Shown here: piece by piece, positions 24,707 through 34,380 of the stretch | Layout of the letters: the number at the start of each line of letters is the position of its first letter | Position numbering within the stretch: the stretch's first letter is position 1 | From: Schmidtea polychroa | Lineage: Eukaryota | Length of the DNA: 64,000 nucleotides | Assembly (NCBI GenBank): GCA_044892525.1 | Contig: CM097885.1 | Location: 25,050,001 to 25,114,000 of the forward strand | Direction of reading: 5' to 3' | Notes under the pieces: generated by a model | What the model was told of the DNA's origin: nothing | The model's database searches: none | The model's input: the letters and a program-made list of their open reading frames with translations, nothing else | Translations under genes and position numbers: made by a program

Positions 24707-25125
24707 AGTAGAGATTTTAAATCATTATAAATTTCTTGGATTAAGGAAGTGAAACCTTCTCCTTTGGATTTATTCAATCTATACAAAACATATAAGCTTA
24801 AAATACCACATATTTTAGTATTATTAGGTTGAACTTGTAAAGAATTAAAAGTGTAGTCCGAGAGATAGTCTTCAACTTCTTTAGTGGGTTTAATCCCAAA
24901 AGAATCAAAGTATATAGATTTATTATATATACAAACCCAATGAGATCCTTTTTCATTTGAATTTTGATAATTGATTATTATATTATTCTCTTTCAGACTC
25001 GACAATTCATCATTCATTAATATTTTTATTTTTAAATTTAAATAATCTGCATAATCTTTTAAATCAAAATTTGTTTTTGCATTTATTCCAAATGTTATTA
25101 AAAAATCTAATATTGAAGGAGTCAT
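24703..25125 (-). CDS. Adenain-like cysteine maturation protease
   Basis: GSHWVC, YFDSFG and Q....CG provide the His/Asp/Gln/Cys catalytic set. Confidence 0.9.
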   Translation of the reverse strand: MTPSILDFLITFGINAKTNFDLKDYADYLNLKIKILMNDELSSLKENNIIINYQNSNEKGSHWVCIYNKSIYFDSFGIKPTKEVEDYLSDYTFNSLQVQPNNTKICGILSLYVLYRLNKSKGEGFTSLIQEIYNDLKSLL

Positions 25126-25997
25126 TTTATATACTTATTAAATTTATCTTTTGAAATTATTCCTTGTTTTAACAAATCTTTAGAAATCTTTAAAATATCA
25201 TAATCTAAATTATTATGTCCTGCTTTTTTAGCTGCTAATAGTTTTCTTAATTCAATAAAAAGGTTGATTGGGTTTGGTTTAACCCTTATACCATCACCTT
25301 CTTTAACAACATAACCCTTTTCATTTCTATCTAAATATTTCTTTAAATCTTGAATGTGTTTTGCTTTTGAACTAGCTTTTATTGATCTTATAAAATTTAA
25401 ATATTTTTTAATTTCTTCAACATCATCTGAAGGATATCCACAAAGTAATCTATAAAAATCATCTGTAAATTCAAAGTCTAAATATTCATTATTATAAACA
25501 TTTTGTGAATGAATATGTGATTTATTTTCTGGAGTTGTATATAAAGTAAAGTTTTGTTTATTGATTGTTATTATTGAATATCCTTCAGAATTAATATGAA
25601 ATGTGGGTTTAATTGAATCACTTAAACCTTCTCTAATTTTAGGATTAACTTTAAGAGGTTTTGTTTTTAAAAACATTTCTTCTTCTTCCACATTAGAGGT
25701 TCTTCTACGTTTTCTTTGATTTCTTTCAGAATGACTTTCAGGATGATTTTCAGGATGATTTTCAGTGGATTCTTTCTCCCACTCCAATTCTTTTATTTTT
25801 TGTTTTTTATCTTCCAACTCTTTAAATTTTGCTTGCTCATTTAATCCTTTTATAGCTTTAATTGTTGGTCCTTGTTGTTTTTGGATTACCTCATTTAATA
25901 TTATAGATTCAGCATGTTGAGTTGTATCTTTTTTATTATACTTGTTTTGTTTTGATTGTAATTTTTTTAAAAGTGCTAATCTTTCTTCATATACCAT
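25122..25997 (-). CDS. Conserved Polinton hypothetical protein
   Basis: C-terminal P..L...L..LLAAKKAGHNN....I...LL..GII motif of the kind seen in Polinton core ORFs. Confidence 0.65.
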   Translation of the reverse strand: MVYEERLALLKKLQSKQNKYNKKDTTQHAESIILNEVIQKQQGPTIKAIKGLNEQAKFKELEDKKQKIKELEWEKESTENHPENHPESHSERNQRKRRRTSNVEEEEMFLKTKPLKVNPKIREGLSDSIKPTFHINSEGYSIITINKQNFTLYTTPENKSHIHSQNVYNNEYLDFEFTDDFYRLLCGYPSDDVEEIKKYLNFIRSIKASSKAKHIQDLKKYLDRNEKGYVVKEGDGIRVKPNPINLFIELRKLLAAKKAGHNNLDYDILKISKDLLKQGIISKDKFNKYIK

Positions 25998-26019
25998 TTT
26001 AATGGTATCAAAAATGGTA

Positions 26020-26613
26020 TCATGGTTCCTTCCAAGGTTTTAAATATAATCCTTTACCATTTTTAGTTTTACAAAGGCATCCATTCTTTAAAGATTTACA
26101 CATTTTTTTAAAATCATCTTTATCTTTTGAAGATAAAGATTCAGATGATGAAATTAGATTTTTTAAAAAATCATTTAAACCGCGGCCTTTATAAGGATCA
26201 AGATAGAGACCCTTTCCAACGGAGGAACTCCCCTGAGACTTTTGACCTTCGGACACTTTCTGATATGGATTAAGATAGAGACCTTTTTCAACGGACTTTT
26301 GACCTTCAGACACTCCCTTCTTTTTCATTGAATCGATTTCAGTTTGTAGTTTTTCTTTTTCTAGGTCTGTCTTTTGAGATTCTTTAGCTTTTTGAACTGT
26401 AGTTGCAATTCCTCCAGCTATTCCAGCAGCACCTGATAGTCCGGCAATGATTGCAGGTATTAAAGCAGCTAATGGAAGAATGCCACCTTCTTTAATCTTC
26501 GCTCTAATTTGTTCTTTTACATGTTTTCCAATAAAATATTTTTTACCATCAATTACTACTGATTTATTTTTATTTGAATTTATTAATTCTTGCAAAGATT
26601 CTTCAGTTGTCAT
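26020..26613 (-). CDS. Polinton core or membrane-lytic protein with an adenovirus pX-like segment
   Basis: KEGG|ILPLAALIPAIIAGLSGAAGIAGG hydrophobic segment after a GG cleavage-like site, and three KGLYLxP(Y/W) repeats. Confidence 0.65.
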   Translation of the reverse strand: MTTEESLQELINSNKNKSVVIDGKKYFIGKHVKEQIRAKIKEGGILPLAALIPAIIAGLSGAAGIAGGIATTVQKAKESQKTDLEKEKLQTEIDSMKKKGVSEGQKSVEKGLYLNPYQKVSEGQKSQGSSSVGKGLYLDPYKGRGLNDFLKNLISSSESLSSKDKDDFKKMCKSLKNGCLCKTKNGKGLYLKPWKEP

Positions 26614-26628
26614 TTTTAAATAAATAAA

Positions 26629-27426
26629 ATGGATATTTGGAAACCAATTTTAAATAGACATAAATCTAAATTTAATAATAAAGTATTTCCTGATAATTTT
26701 AGATTATTAATTGTTGGTTCTTCTGGATGTGGAAAGAATGTACTTGTTTTGAAAATGTTGCTTGAAGATGGTTTTTTAGATTATAATAATTTAATCTTTT
26801 ACTCTACAACCATAAATCAACCAGAATTACAACTTTTGAAATGTGGATTTGAAAATAAATTAACTAAAAAAGCAATAATTGATATTTTTAAAAATCAACA
26901 TAGATGTCCTGAAGAAGTTTTTCAACCTTGTGATATGGTTGATTGGTATAAGGAAAAGATTTTAGAATCAGATATTAGTAATAAAAATGATTACATTTCT
27001 GAAAATTCTGCAGTCCATTCTGGGATTAAAGTTTTATTCTCTAATAAACCTGAAGATGTTTTACATTGTGATTTACTTCCTAAAGATAAAAAAAATCTAG
27101 TTATATTTGATGATGTTGTTAACATGAAAAATCAAGAGATTCAAAAGAGTTACTTTACAAGAGGAAGACATAATAATTGTAATGTTATTTATATATCTCA
27201 AACTTATTATGCTTTAGATAAAAACTGTATAAGAAATAATTCCAATTGTTTTATATTTTTTAAATTAGATCGCCGTGATAAGAATATGATTTATAATGAT
27301 TTATTTTCAAATGTTGAACCTGATAAGAATATGTTTGATATGTTTGTTGATAATCATTGGAGAGAAAAATATAATTATATTTATTTGGATAGAGAAGAAG
27401 CTGAAATATGGAAAAGTTTATTTTAG
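26629..27426 (+). CDS. A32-like (FtsK-HerA) genome packaging ATPase
   Basis: Walker A GSSGCGK(N), Walker B LVIFDD and FTRGRH...ISQ motif. The Walker A Thr/Ser is replaced by Asn. Confidence 0.9.
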   Translation: MDIWKPILNRHKSKFNNKVFPDNFRLLIVGSSGCGKNVLVLKMLLEDGFLDYNNLIFYSTTINQPELQLLKCGFENKLTKKAIIDIFKNQHRCPEEVFQPCDMVDWYKEKILESDISNKNDYISENSAVHSGIKVLFSNKPEDVLHCDLLPKDKKNLVIFDDVVNMKNQEIQKSYFTRGRHNNCNVIYISQTYYALDKNCIRNNSNCFIFFKLDRRDKNMIYNDLFSNVEPDKNMFDMFVDNHWREKYNYIYLDREEAEIWKSLF

Positions 27427-28790
27427 AAATCTGTTTTCTGTAACTCATTATTATAAAATCTACCTAATATTTTTTCATTATTTAAATCAATGATGCTATA
27501 TGTTATTGGAGTTGTATAATGTATTTTATTTATAATAAAAATTTCATTTGTCCGTTTTGCTGTGAATCCTTTTTCAAATTTATTTTTATATTTAAATATT
27601 CTTACTCGGTCACCAATTTTAAACTTTGGTTTTTCAATAACATCATTTTCAATATTTACCACTTTAATGGTTTCAGGATTCATGGAAGCATTTAAAGGTG
27701 TTGATTTTGTAGAACTATGTACATCATTATTATATTCATTTACAATCTTTTGTAACAACTCATTGTTCCATTTTTGTTTTCCAATAGCAGTAAAATATTT
27801 CCACATTTTATTTTTTAATGTTCTATTTAATCTTTCAACCACAACTGCTTTTCCTTCGTTTTCTGTTGAATATAATTTAATATCATTTTCATTTAAAAAC
27901 TTTGTAAAAACTTTGTTATAAAATTCTGTTCCTTTATCACACCATAAATATTTTGGAATTCTTTGATGTTCTTCAAATATATTTTCAAATGCTTCTGTAA
28001 TAGAATATCCTGTTTTATTTTCTAAACACCTTGCAAAGGCAAATCTTGTATATAAATCTATTACAGTTAAAATTATTTTATATTTTTCAGGGTCTGATGA
28101 TTTGGTTGGCATAAAGACTAAATCTGCAGACCATGTTTGATCTTTTTCATGTACTTGAACTTTTAAATATTTTTATTTTTTCAAAATTCATGGTGTAATT
28201 CGTTGGCATATTTTATTTGTGATTCTGTTGGGGTTAATAAACTAGTCTTGGATATATTCTCGAGGGATCTTTCAGCATCTGCTTGTTCAATAATCTTTTT
28301 ATTAGCAACATCTTTTGCCATCCTTGGTAAACTAGCACCTATGAAAATCTTACCTTTCATTGCTAATTTAACTAGAGCTCTTTGAATCTTTTCTTGGGTT
28401 GATGGATTTTGGATACTATTTAAATCATGTATTAAATTAACATCTGCAACATGCCTATCTCTAAGATCTTCTGAATTGTAAGCAATATCATGTTTTAAAG
28501 CTGCTTGGTCGATTCTATTTATTGGTTCTTCTCCTTGTTTGGGATTATTATTTTCATCTAATCTAATATCTAATCTTGTTCCTGGTCCGGTATAGTTGTG
28601 TTTAAATAAATGTCTTTCACCTGGATATTTTTCTGTAGTAAAAGGTTTTAATATTGAAGATGTCACTTTTGAAGATTGTAGGTCGCCTCCGGCTCGTGGA
28701 ATCATGTCGCCTCCTATATGTTTTTTAGTTTTTAGATGACTTGCTTTATGATGTCTTGTAACTTGACAATTACAACTTTTACATCTCCAA
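27423..28790 (-). pseudogene. Zinc finger + parvovirus-type PLA2 + retroviral-like integrase fusion, disrupted
   Basis: PLA2 motifs HNYTGPG and IDQAALKHDIAY (28181-28705). ANELH then TGA and a 1-nt frameshift, then WSADL, VIDLY, WCDKGTEF, VERLNRTLK and KFKIGDRVRI (27423-28112). An upstream in-frame CKSC...HLKTKKH is also present. Confidence 0.85.
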
Positions 28791-28828
28791 TAGAGACATT
28801 TTAAAATGTTAAAATATCAGGGATTATA

Positions 28829-30030
28829 TCAAGAATCTCCCCTAACATTTTCGATTATTGAAATCTTTCCACCATATAATTTCATTTCTATTTTCTTTTC
28901 TTCTAATATTAATGTATATACTTTAGCTTTAAAATTAGAATCCTTTGTTACATGAAGTGTAACATCAACATTATTTATGGCTAGGCGATCATCTTGGTCT
29001 GAAACATTTATACAAAATATAGAATATAAATTTTTGAAATCTTCTAAACTTAATTGCGGTTCAACTTTGAAATCATAACATGTTTCAATATAATTTAGAT
29101 ATGGGAATGTTTTCATTATTTTCAATATTAAATTCCATTCTATTTATTGGATAATAAGAACTATTTAATTGAATTTGGATTGTTTTTAAATTATCAACTC
29201 CAATCTTTTGAATAAACAAGTTGTTATTTTTTTGGAAAGATGAATCTACTTCTTTGAATCCAATCAAGATATATCTTGGTCGGTATGCTAAATTTGCTAC
29301 CTTTATAGAATATGTTGAACCCTCTGTCATACTAAATTCACTACAGATTCTATTTAAATAATTTACATTTATAGACTTGTTGGAATTTAATCTTTCAAGG
29401 AGTTTGATTCCAGAATGTGGATTTAATGTCCATTCAGGTATATGCAATTCAAGTGTTGATATTTTTAATTTAGTTGTTGTATCCTTATCTCCATAGAACA
29501 ATCTTTTATCACCTTCTACTCTATTACAGATGAGTTCTATAAAAACATTATGAAGTATACGATTATAGTTTTGAAGGAATCCAAACAAGTGTTTTAATTC
29601 AAAATAACCTTCAAATTTTTTAGATTTATAAAGTTCAGCTCTTTTATAGTAACCATAATTTATATCTAAACCATCTTTATCTAAATCCCCTTTATTAACA
29701 TCAGGAATCCAACCTGTTAATTCACCATATTCATTTTTATAATCACAACCAGTCAAAATAAAATTTAACATTGTAGAATTTACTCCCGGATGCAAAACAG
29801 TTTCAATTTCTGATGATCCTAGTTTTAATCTCATGTTGGAGAATAAATTTGGAAAGAAATTATTTTCTAGGGTTATATCTTTGTTTGCTTCAATTTCTAA
29901 TTCGATTTTATAATATAATTTGGCATTACAAATATCTATAGGGTTTGATGTTTGAAGAGATTGAAAAACTATATCACCTCTACGATTTAAGTTTGCAATA
30001 GATCCTGAAGTTGGGGAGATTTTAAGTACA
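28829..30030 (-). pseudogene. Polinton double-jelly-roll major capsid protein, frameshifted and 5'-truncated
   Basis: P.SG...LN..GDIVF, LENNFFPNLFSNMRLKLGSSEIE, LKHLFGF, RPRYILIGF and LNSSYYP. The C-terminus (F.NLYSIFCINVSDQ) lies in overlapping ORF 28829-29125. The N-terminus is replaced by TIR sequence. Confidence 0.85.
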
Positions 30031-30277
30031 TTATTGAAACAGGTGATGGTGGCGAACCGGTAATTATCGCCACCTGTCTTTCGAACACCCCCGGATCGAT
30101 TCTTTAATGTGCACATTTATTTCACAGTTGTTTTCGGACCTCTTTCGGATTCACTTTCGAATTCATTTGTACTTTCGAGCAGCACGCTTAAAACGCCGAT
30201 GAAATCGTATTCGAGTGAGAAGCGAATAATAAGGTGTGCTGCTATTATCGGATTGATTCTGATGTATGAGTTTGGCC
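30030..30277 (-). repeat. Remnant of the Polinton right TIR
   Basis: Reverse complement of 17347-17594. It joins the Gypsy RT through GGCCA microhomology. Confidence 0.9.
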
Positions 30278-31174
30278 TAGATCGATGGATGTGAAATATT
30301 TTGAATCTGCCAGACAATCCAGTAGAAATCGTGTATCTGGCATTGGAAAAGATATCTTTTCAGTGATCGCATTCAACCCTCTATAGTCGACACACATCCT
30401 TATTGATCCATCTTTCTTAGCCACAATCACTAGTGGCGCGTTCCATGCACTTTTGCATTTTCTAATAACTCTCGCTTCGAATAAGTTTGTGACACGTTCG
30501 TCAAGCTTTTGTTCTAAATGCATTGGTTGTCTTCTTGGCTGTAACATTACAGGCCCACCTACTCTATTCATTTCATGCTGAACAACTTTCGTAAACCCGA
30601 GATCAAAAGTTGAAGCCATAAAAATACCTTTGAACTTCCGTACCAATATGTCTAACTGTTCATTCTTCCTGTCTCCAAGCATTAATAATGCTTTCTCTTC
30701 TCGTTGTGAGTCCACATATGTCCTCCCTACTTGTGACGCTTCAATATTGTCTACCTCTACCAGTTGAATACCAAATCTCTCCATTGTATCTACACCCCCA
30801 ATGAAATCTGGACGTATATCTTTGACAACTATAACATTAATAATTCTTTTTTTCCCATTCCAATCAGCTTCTATCGTCATTGCTCCTAACGGTCTTTCCA
30901 TTCCTGTCGAAAATACTCCACAAAGAGAAATTGTGCTCTGCTTCAACCTCGGTTTCCCGATCTTTGTCCAACATTTTTCACTCATAACTGATACTGACGC
31001 TCCAGAGTCCCAAAGCATGTCAATCGCCGTCATGTTTATTACAATCTTACTCCACTTTCTTCTGTCTGTCGTCTCATACATCTTCTGCATCATGTCTTCA
31101 TTTCGCTTCTTTCTACTGATTATTGTGTCGACCCCACTGACGAAATGAAAGCAATGGGATCGTCCTTGTTTTTT
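30272..31174 (-). pseudogene. pol: Gypsy pol, 5' part: aspartic protease and RT N-terminus
   Basis: LWDSGASVS protease motif and WNAPLVIVAKKDGSIRMCVDYRGLN, ending at SIDLGQ at the Polinton junction. The frame is open back to the A AAA AAC slippery site (31168-31174). Confidence 0.9.
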
Positions 31175-32283
31175 GGTTTATCCATTGATTTTTTTATCGT
31201 TTCTTCGTAATTACTGTATAAATCTTCTGTTAAATCACCATTATTTCTTTCGTGATCTTCTTCGTAAATACATGCCACTCTCTTCTGATATCCATTTCTA
31301 TTTTTAAGCAAAAAACAATCTCTGAATCCATGACCTTCTTTTCCACAGATTAGACATTTGTCTTTCATTGGACATTCAAAACGCCGGTGCCCTTTTTCTC
31401 CACAACAAAAACACTGACCTGGTGTCAGTTTCACTGGATGAGGCGAATCTCTTCCTTTGCTGTCATTAAATAACCTTCTTGCAATATCTTTAAGCGATAC
31501 TGTAGGTATTCTTCTCTCTGGTTCTCCTGTCTCATATCGTCCTCTATACCGCTCATTTTCATTCTTGTCTTCATTTACAATTGGTACAAACCGACCATTA
31601 CCAGGTCTATTCCTCTCATGATTAATCTCTCGGTGTTCGTCGCGTTGATGTGCAGTTGTCTTCACAATTGTTCTTTGGTCTCGTCTACCCTCGAATTTAC
31701 CATTTTTCATCACTGATGCGTAGGAGTCTCTTCTTATGGCATCAATATTGAATTTATTGTCATTCGTCATCTCAATCTTCTCCTGAATTTTTGCCATATC
31801 CCTGGCATCTTCAAAACTTGTCACTTTCCCTGATAAGAATATTTCTTTTACTCTATCGTCTTTCGCTCTGTTTGAGATAATGTCTCGAACAATCTGTTCA
31901 TCAGACATTCCAGAGCTAAATACACTTTTAACTAAACTTCTTACTCGTATTTCGAAGACTTGGAATCTTTCATCTCTCTCTTGCTGAATTTGAGCTAGTT
32001 CCACAATCTTGTTAGTAATGGTTTTCCTTACTGTAAAAGTTTCTATAAACCACTCTTTTGCCATTTCATCGGTCATTTTCGCTATTTTCGCCGCTTCCCA
32101 TAACATCGATGCCGCATCTGTCAACAAAAGATCCAATGCGTCTACTAGACTTTGATCTTCTATTCTCAGCCATTCCATAATATCCTTTAGCCAAAGTTCG
32201 GCTTCAGATCCAACTTTTCCGTCAAACTTTCTGACATTAAAATTTAGCATCTCACGTGCTTGTTTTGACAAGGAATCTAACAT
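31120..32283 (-). CDS. gag: Gypsy Gag with two CCHC zinc knuckles
   Basis: CFCCGEKGHRRFEC and CLICGKEGHGFRDC. The first ATG after the PBS is at 32283. Confidence 0.9.
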   Translation of the reverse strand: MLDSLSKQAREMLNFNVRKFDGKVGSEAELWLKDIMEWLRIEDQSLVDALDLLLTDAASMLWEAAKIAKMTDEMAKEWFIETFTVRKTITNKIVELAQIQQERDERFQVFEIRVRSLVKSVFSSGMSDEQIVRDIISNRAKDDRVKEIFLSGKVTSFEDARDMAKIQEKIEMTNDNKFNIDAIRRDSYASVMKNGKFEGRRDQRTIVKTTAHQRDEHREINHERNRPGNGRFVPIVNEDKNENERYRGRYETGEPERRIPTVSLKDIARRLFNDSKGRDSPHPVKLTPGQCFCCGEKGHRRFECPMKDKCLICGKEGHGFRDCFLLKNRNGYQKRVACIYEEDHERNNGDLTEDLYSNYEETIKKSMDKPKNKDDPIAFISSVGSTQ

Positions 32284-32995
32284 ATTCTTAGTTCCTTTCT
32301 TTTTTCCTATCGCATTGATTTCCTTGGCGTGGTCGCCAGTTATGATGTCCTCAACTTCTAAATTCATAAAATAAATCAATAATAATTCAATAAAATATAT
32401 TTTTCAAAAACACACTAAAACGAATATTATTCAAACAAAACTTTACATAACTAAGCATAAATGCATAAATGCATATTTTGCTTTATAAAAAACAAACAAA
32501 ATATGCACCGCTTATAGTACAATATTCATTCCAGATCGTTTTACTCCTTAAAACTGTATTTTGATAACAGTGAAATAAAGCAATTCTATTTAATACGTAC
32601 GATAAAGATGATTGCAATGTCATAATTAATTAATTTTTAATTATTTTCAAATTACCATTGCGAAGCGTTATTTACCAATTTATCACTCGATTAAATTTGG
32701 CATTATTCAATAAACAAATCAATATTACCTTACAGTTGTGATTTTTAGGAATAACTAAAAGTAAATTAAAAGTAAAAGTAAAGTCTTTGTAGACAAAAAT
32801 TAATCGAGTTTTAATCAAATCATTTACGATATGATTTTTGAATTCTTGTTGTGGCAATAAAGGAAGTGCGTTAGATATCCCTTTAAAATAGTATGTATAA
32901 AAAGTATGTAATAATTAACATGGGTTTATTCTGTCGCACTTATTTCTAGAAAAGTTGTTAACTCTTTACTCGCATCCAGCAAAAATTTAGAAATT

Positions 32996-34380
32996 ATGCC
33001 GAAAGAAAGGCAATTAATTTCAAACAGATTGAATCATTATGTAAGTCAATATCCAGACTTCAAAACCGATGGGAAAATACTGTACTGTAAGGGGTGCAAT
33101 AAGTCAGTGTCTGCAGAGAATTTATTTACCGTAAAACAGCATCTAGAAAGTGCAAAGCATATTAAACTCAACGAACGAGGTATTGCGAAGAAGGCAACAC
33201 ATCAGTTGATTGGAGAACTTTCCATTACCTTCACTTGATGCCCAATTTGGAGAAGATTTATGCGGTGCATTTATTGCTGCAGATATACCGTTATACAAAA
33301 TGCGCCACGAAAATACACGGATCACAGAGTTCCATCGGAAACTAATCTTCGTTCAAATCACATTAAAAATCTATACAACGCAACTCTGGATAACATAAAA
33401 AGTTGCATTGAAAACCGTTTATTGTGGTTGTCGATTGATGAAACTACAGATGCTGCTGGTAGATACAAAAAGTTTTTATTGAATACTGCAATTCTTGATT
33501 CGGCTAATCACACAACCAATGCGAGACTATTTAATGATTCGGTTAGAAGTTTGGGTGAAGACTTTGACAAAGATTTGATCTTGTTATTTATATCAGATGA
33601 TGCATCGTATATGGTACAGACTGCCAAAGATATACAAACATTTAACCCAAAAATAACTCATTTGACATGTCTTGGTCATGGTCTCCACCGAGTATGTGAG
33701 CAAATTCGATGATTATATCCAAATGTAGGTCGTTTGATTTCAAGTGTAAAAAAATATTCCTGAAGGCACCATCCAGATTCAAGATTTTTAAACATATGGA
33801 ACCCAGGTTAACACTTCTTCCACAACCTGTACTCCCACAATGAGGAACATGGCTTCAAGCAGTTAACTACTACGTCATAAATTACGACAAAATTTCACGT
33901 GTATTTGAAATGTTAGACAAAGATGAAGCAGCTTCAATTAAACCATAGCAAGACCTCCTCAACAATTTTACAATAAGAGCGGATATTATTTTTATCACAT
34001 CCAGCTATGAATTTCTCGAACAGTCCACTAAGCGTTTAGAAACGAGTGGTTTACAGCTAGCGGTTCAAATTAAGATCGTAACAGACGCCACTAATTTAAT
34101 TAACGGCATAAATACTGATGCTGGAAGTACTATTAAAGGAAAGCTTTCGTCTGTAACTGAAAAAACATTGGATTTGCAGTATTGAGAAATAGTTCTGATT
34201 CTTTAACAGGAATACGAATCAATGAATTTGATCTTAAAGCATATACGATTCGCCCCGATATCTTCTGTTGACGTTGAGAGAAGTTTTTCAATGTATAAAA
34301 AAGTTTTGCGATCAAACAGGCAATGCTTTTTTATTTGAAAATTTGAGAGAAATATTCGTTATACATTGTAATAGGAATAT
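32996..34380 (+). pseudogene. hAT-like transposase, multiply disrupted
   Basis: N-terminal zinc finger (YCKGC...QHLESAKH), SIDETTD, FISDDASYM, CxxH (CLGHGLH) and a terminal VERSFS-like segment (GTTGAGAGAAGTTTTTCA), with frameshifts and stops. Confidence 0.85.

Larger units (their letters stand above)
16895..30277. mobile_element. Polinton/Maverick (adintovirus-like) endogenous virus, right end truncated
   Basis: Starts with the Polinton-type AGTAGT terminus inside the Gypsy RT. 248-bp inverted repeat (17347-17594 / 30030-30277). Full core gene set: pPolB, ATPase, protease, MCP, mCP, integrase. Confidence 0.95.
14528..32452 (-). mobile_element. Compact Ty3/Gypsy LTR retrotransposon (~4.5 kb net), interrupted by a Polinton
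   Basis: Identical 115-bp LTRs (14528-14642, 32338-32452; AGTTATG...CATAACT) and 5-bp TSD AAGCA. PBS TGGCGACCACG (tRNA-Arg-like) overlaps the 5' LTR by 1 nt. PPT AAGAAGGGGAG sits next to the 3' LTR. Domain order is gag-PR-RT-RH-IN. Confidence 0.95.
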
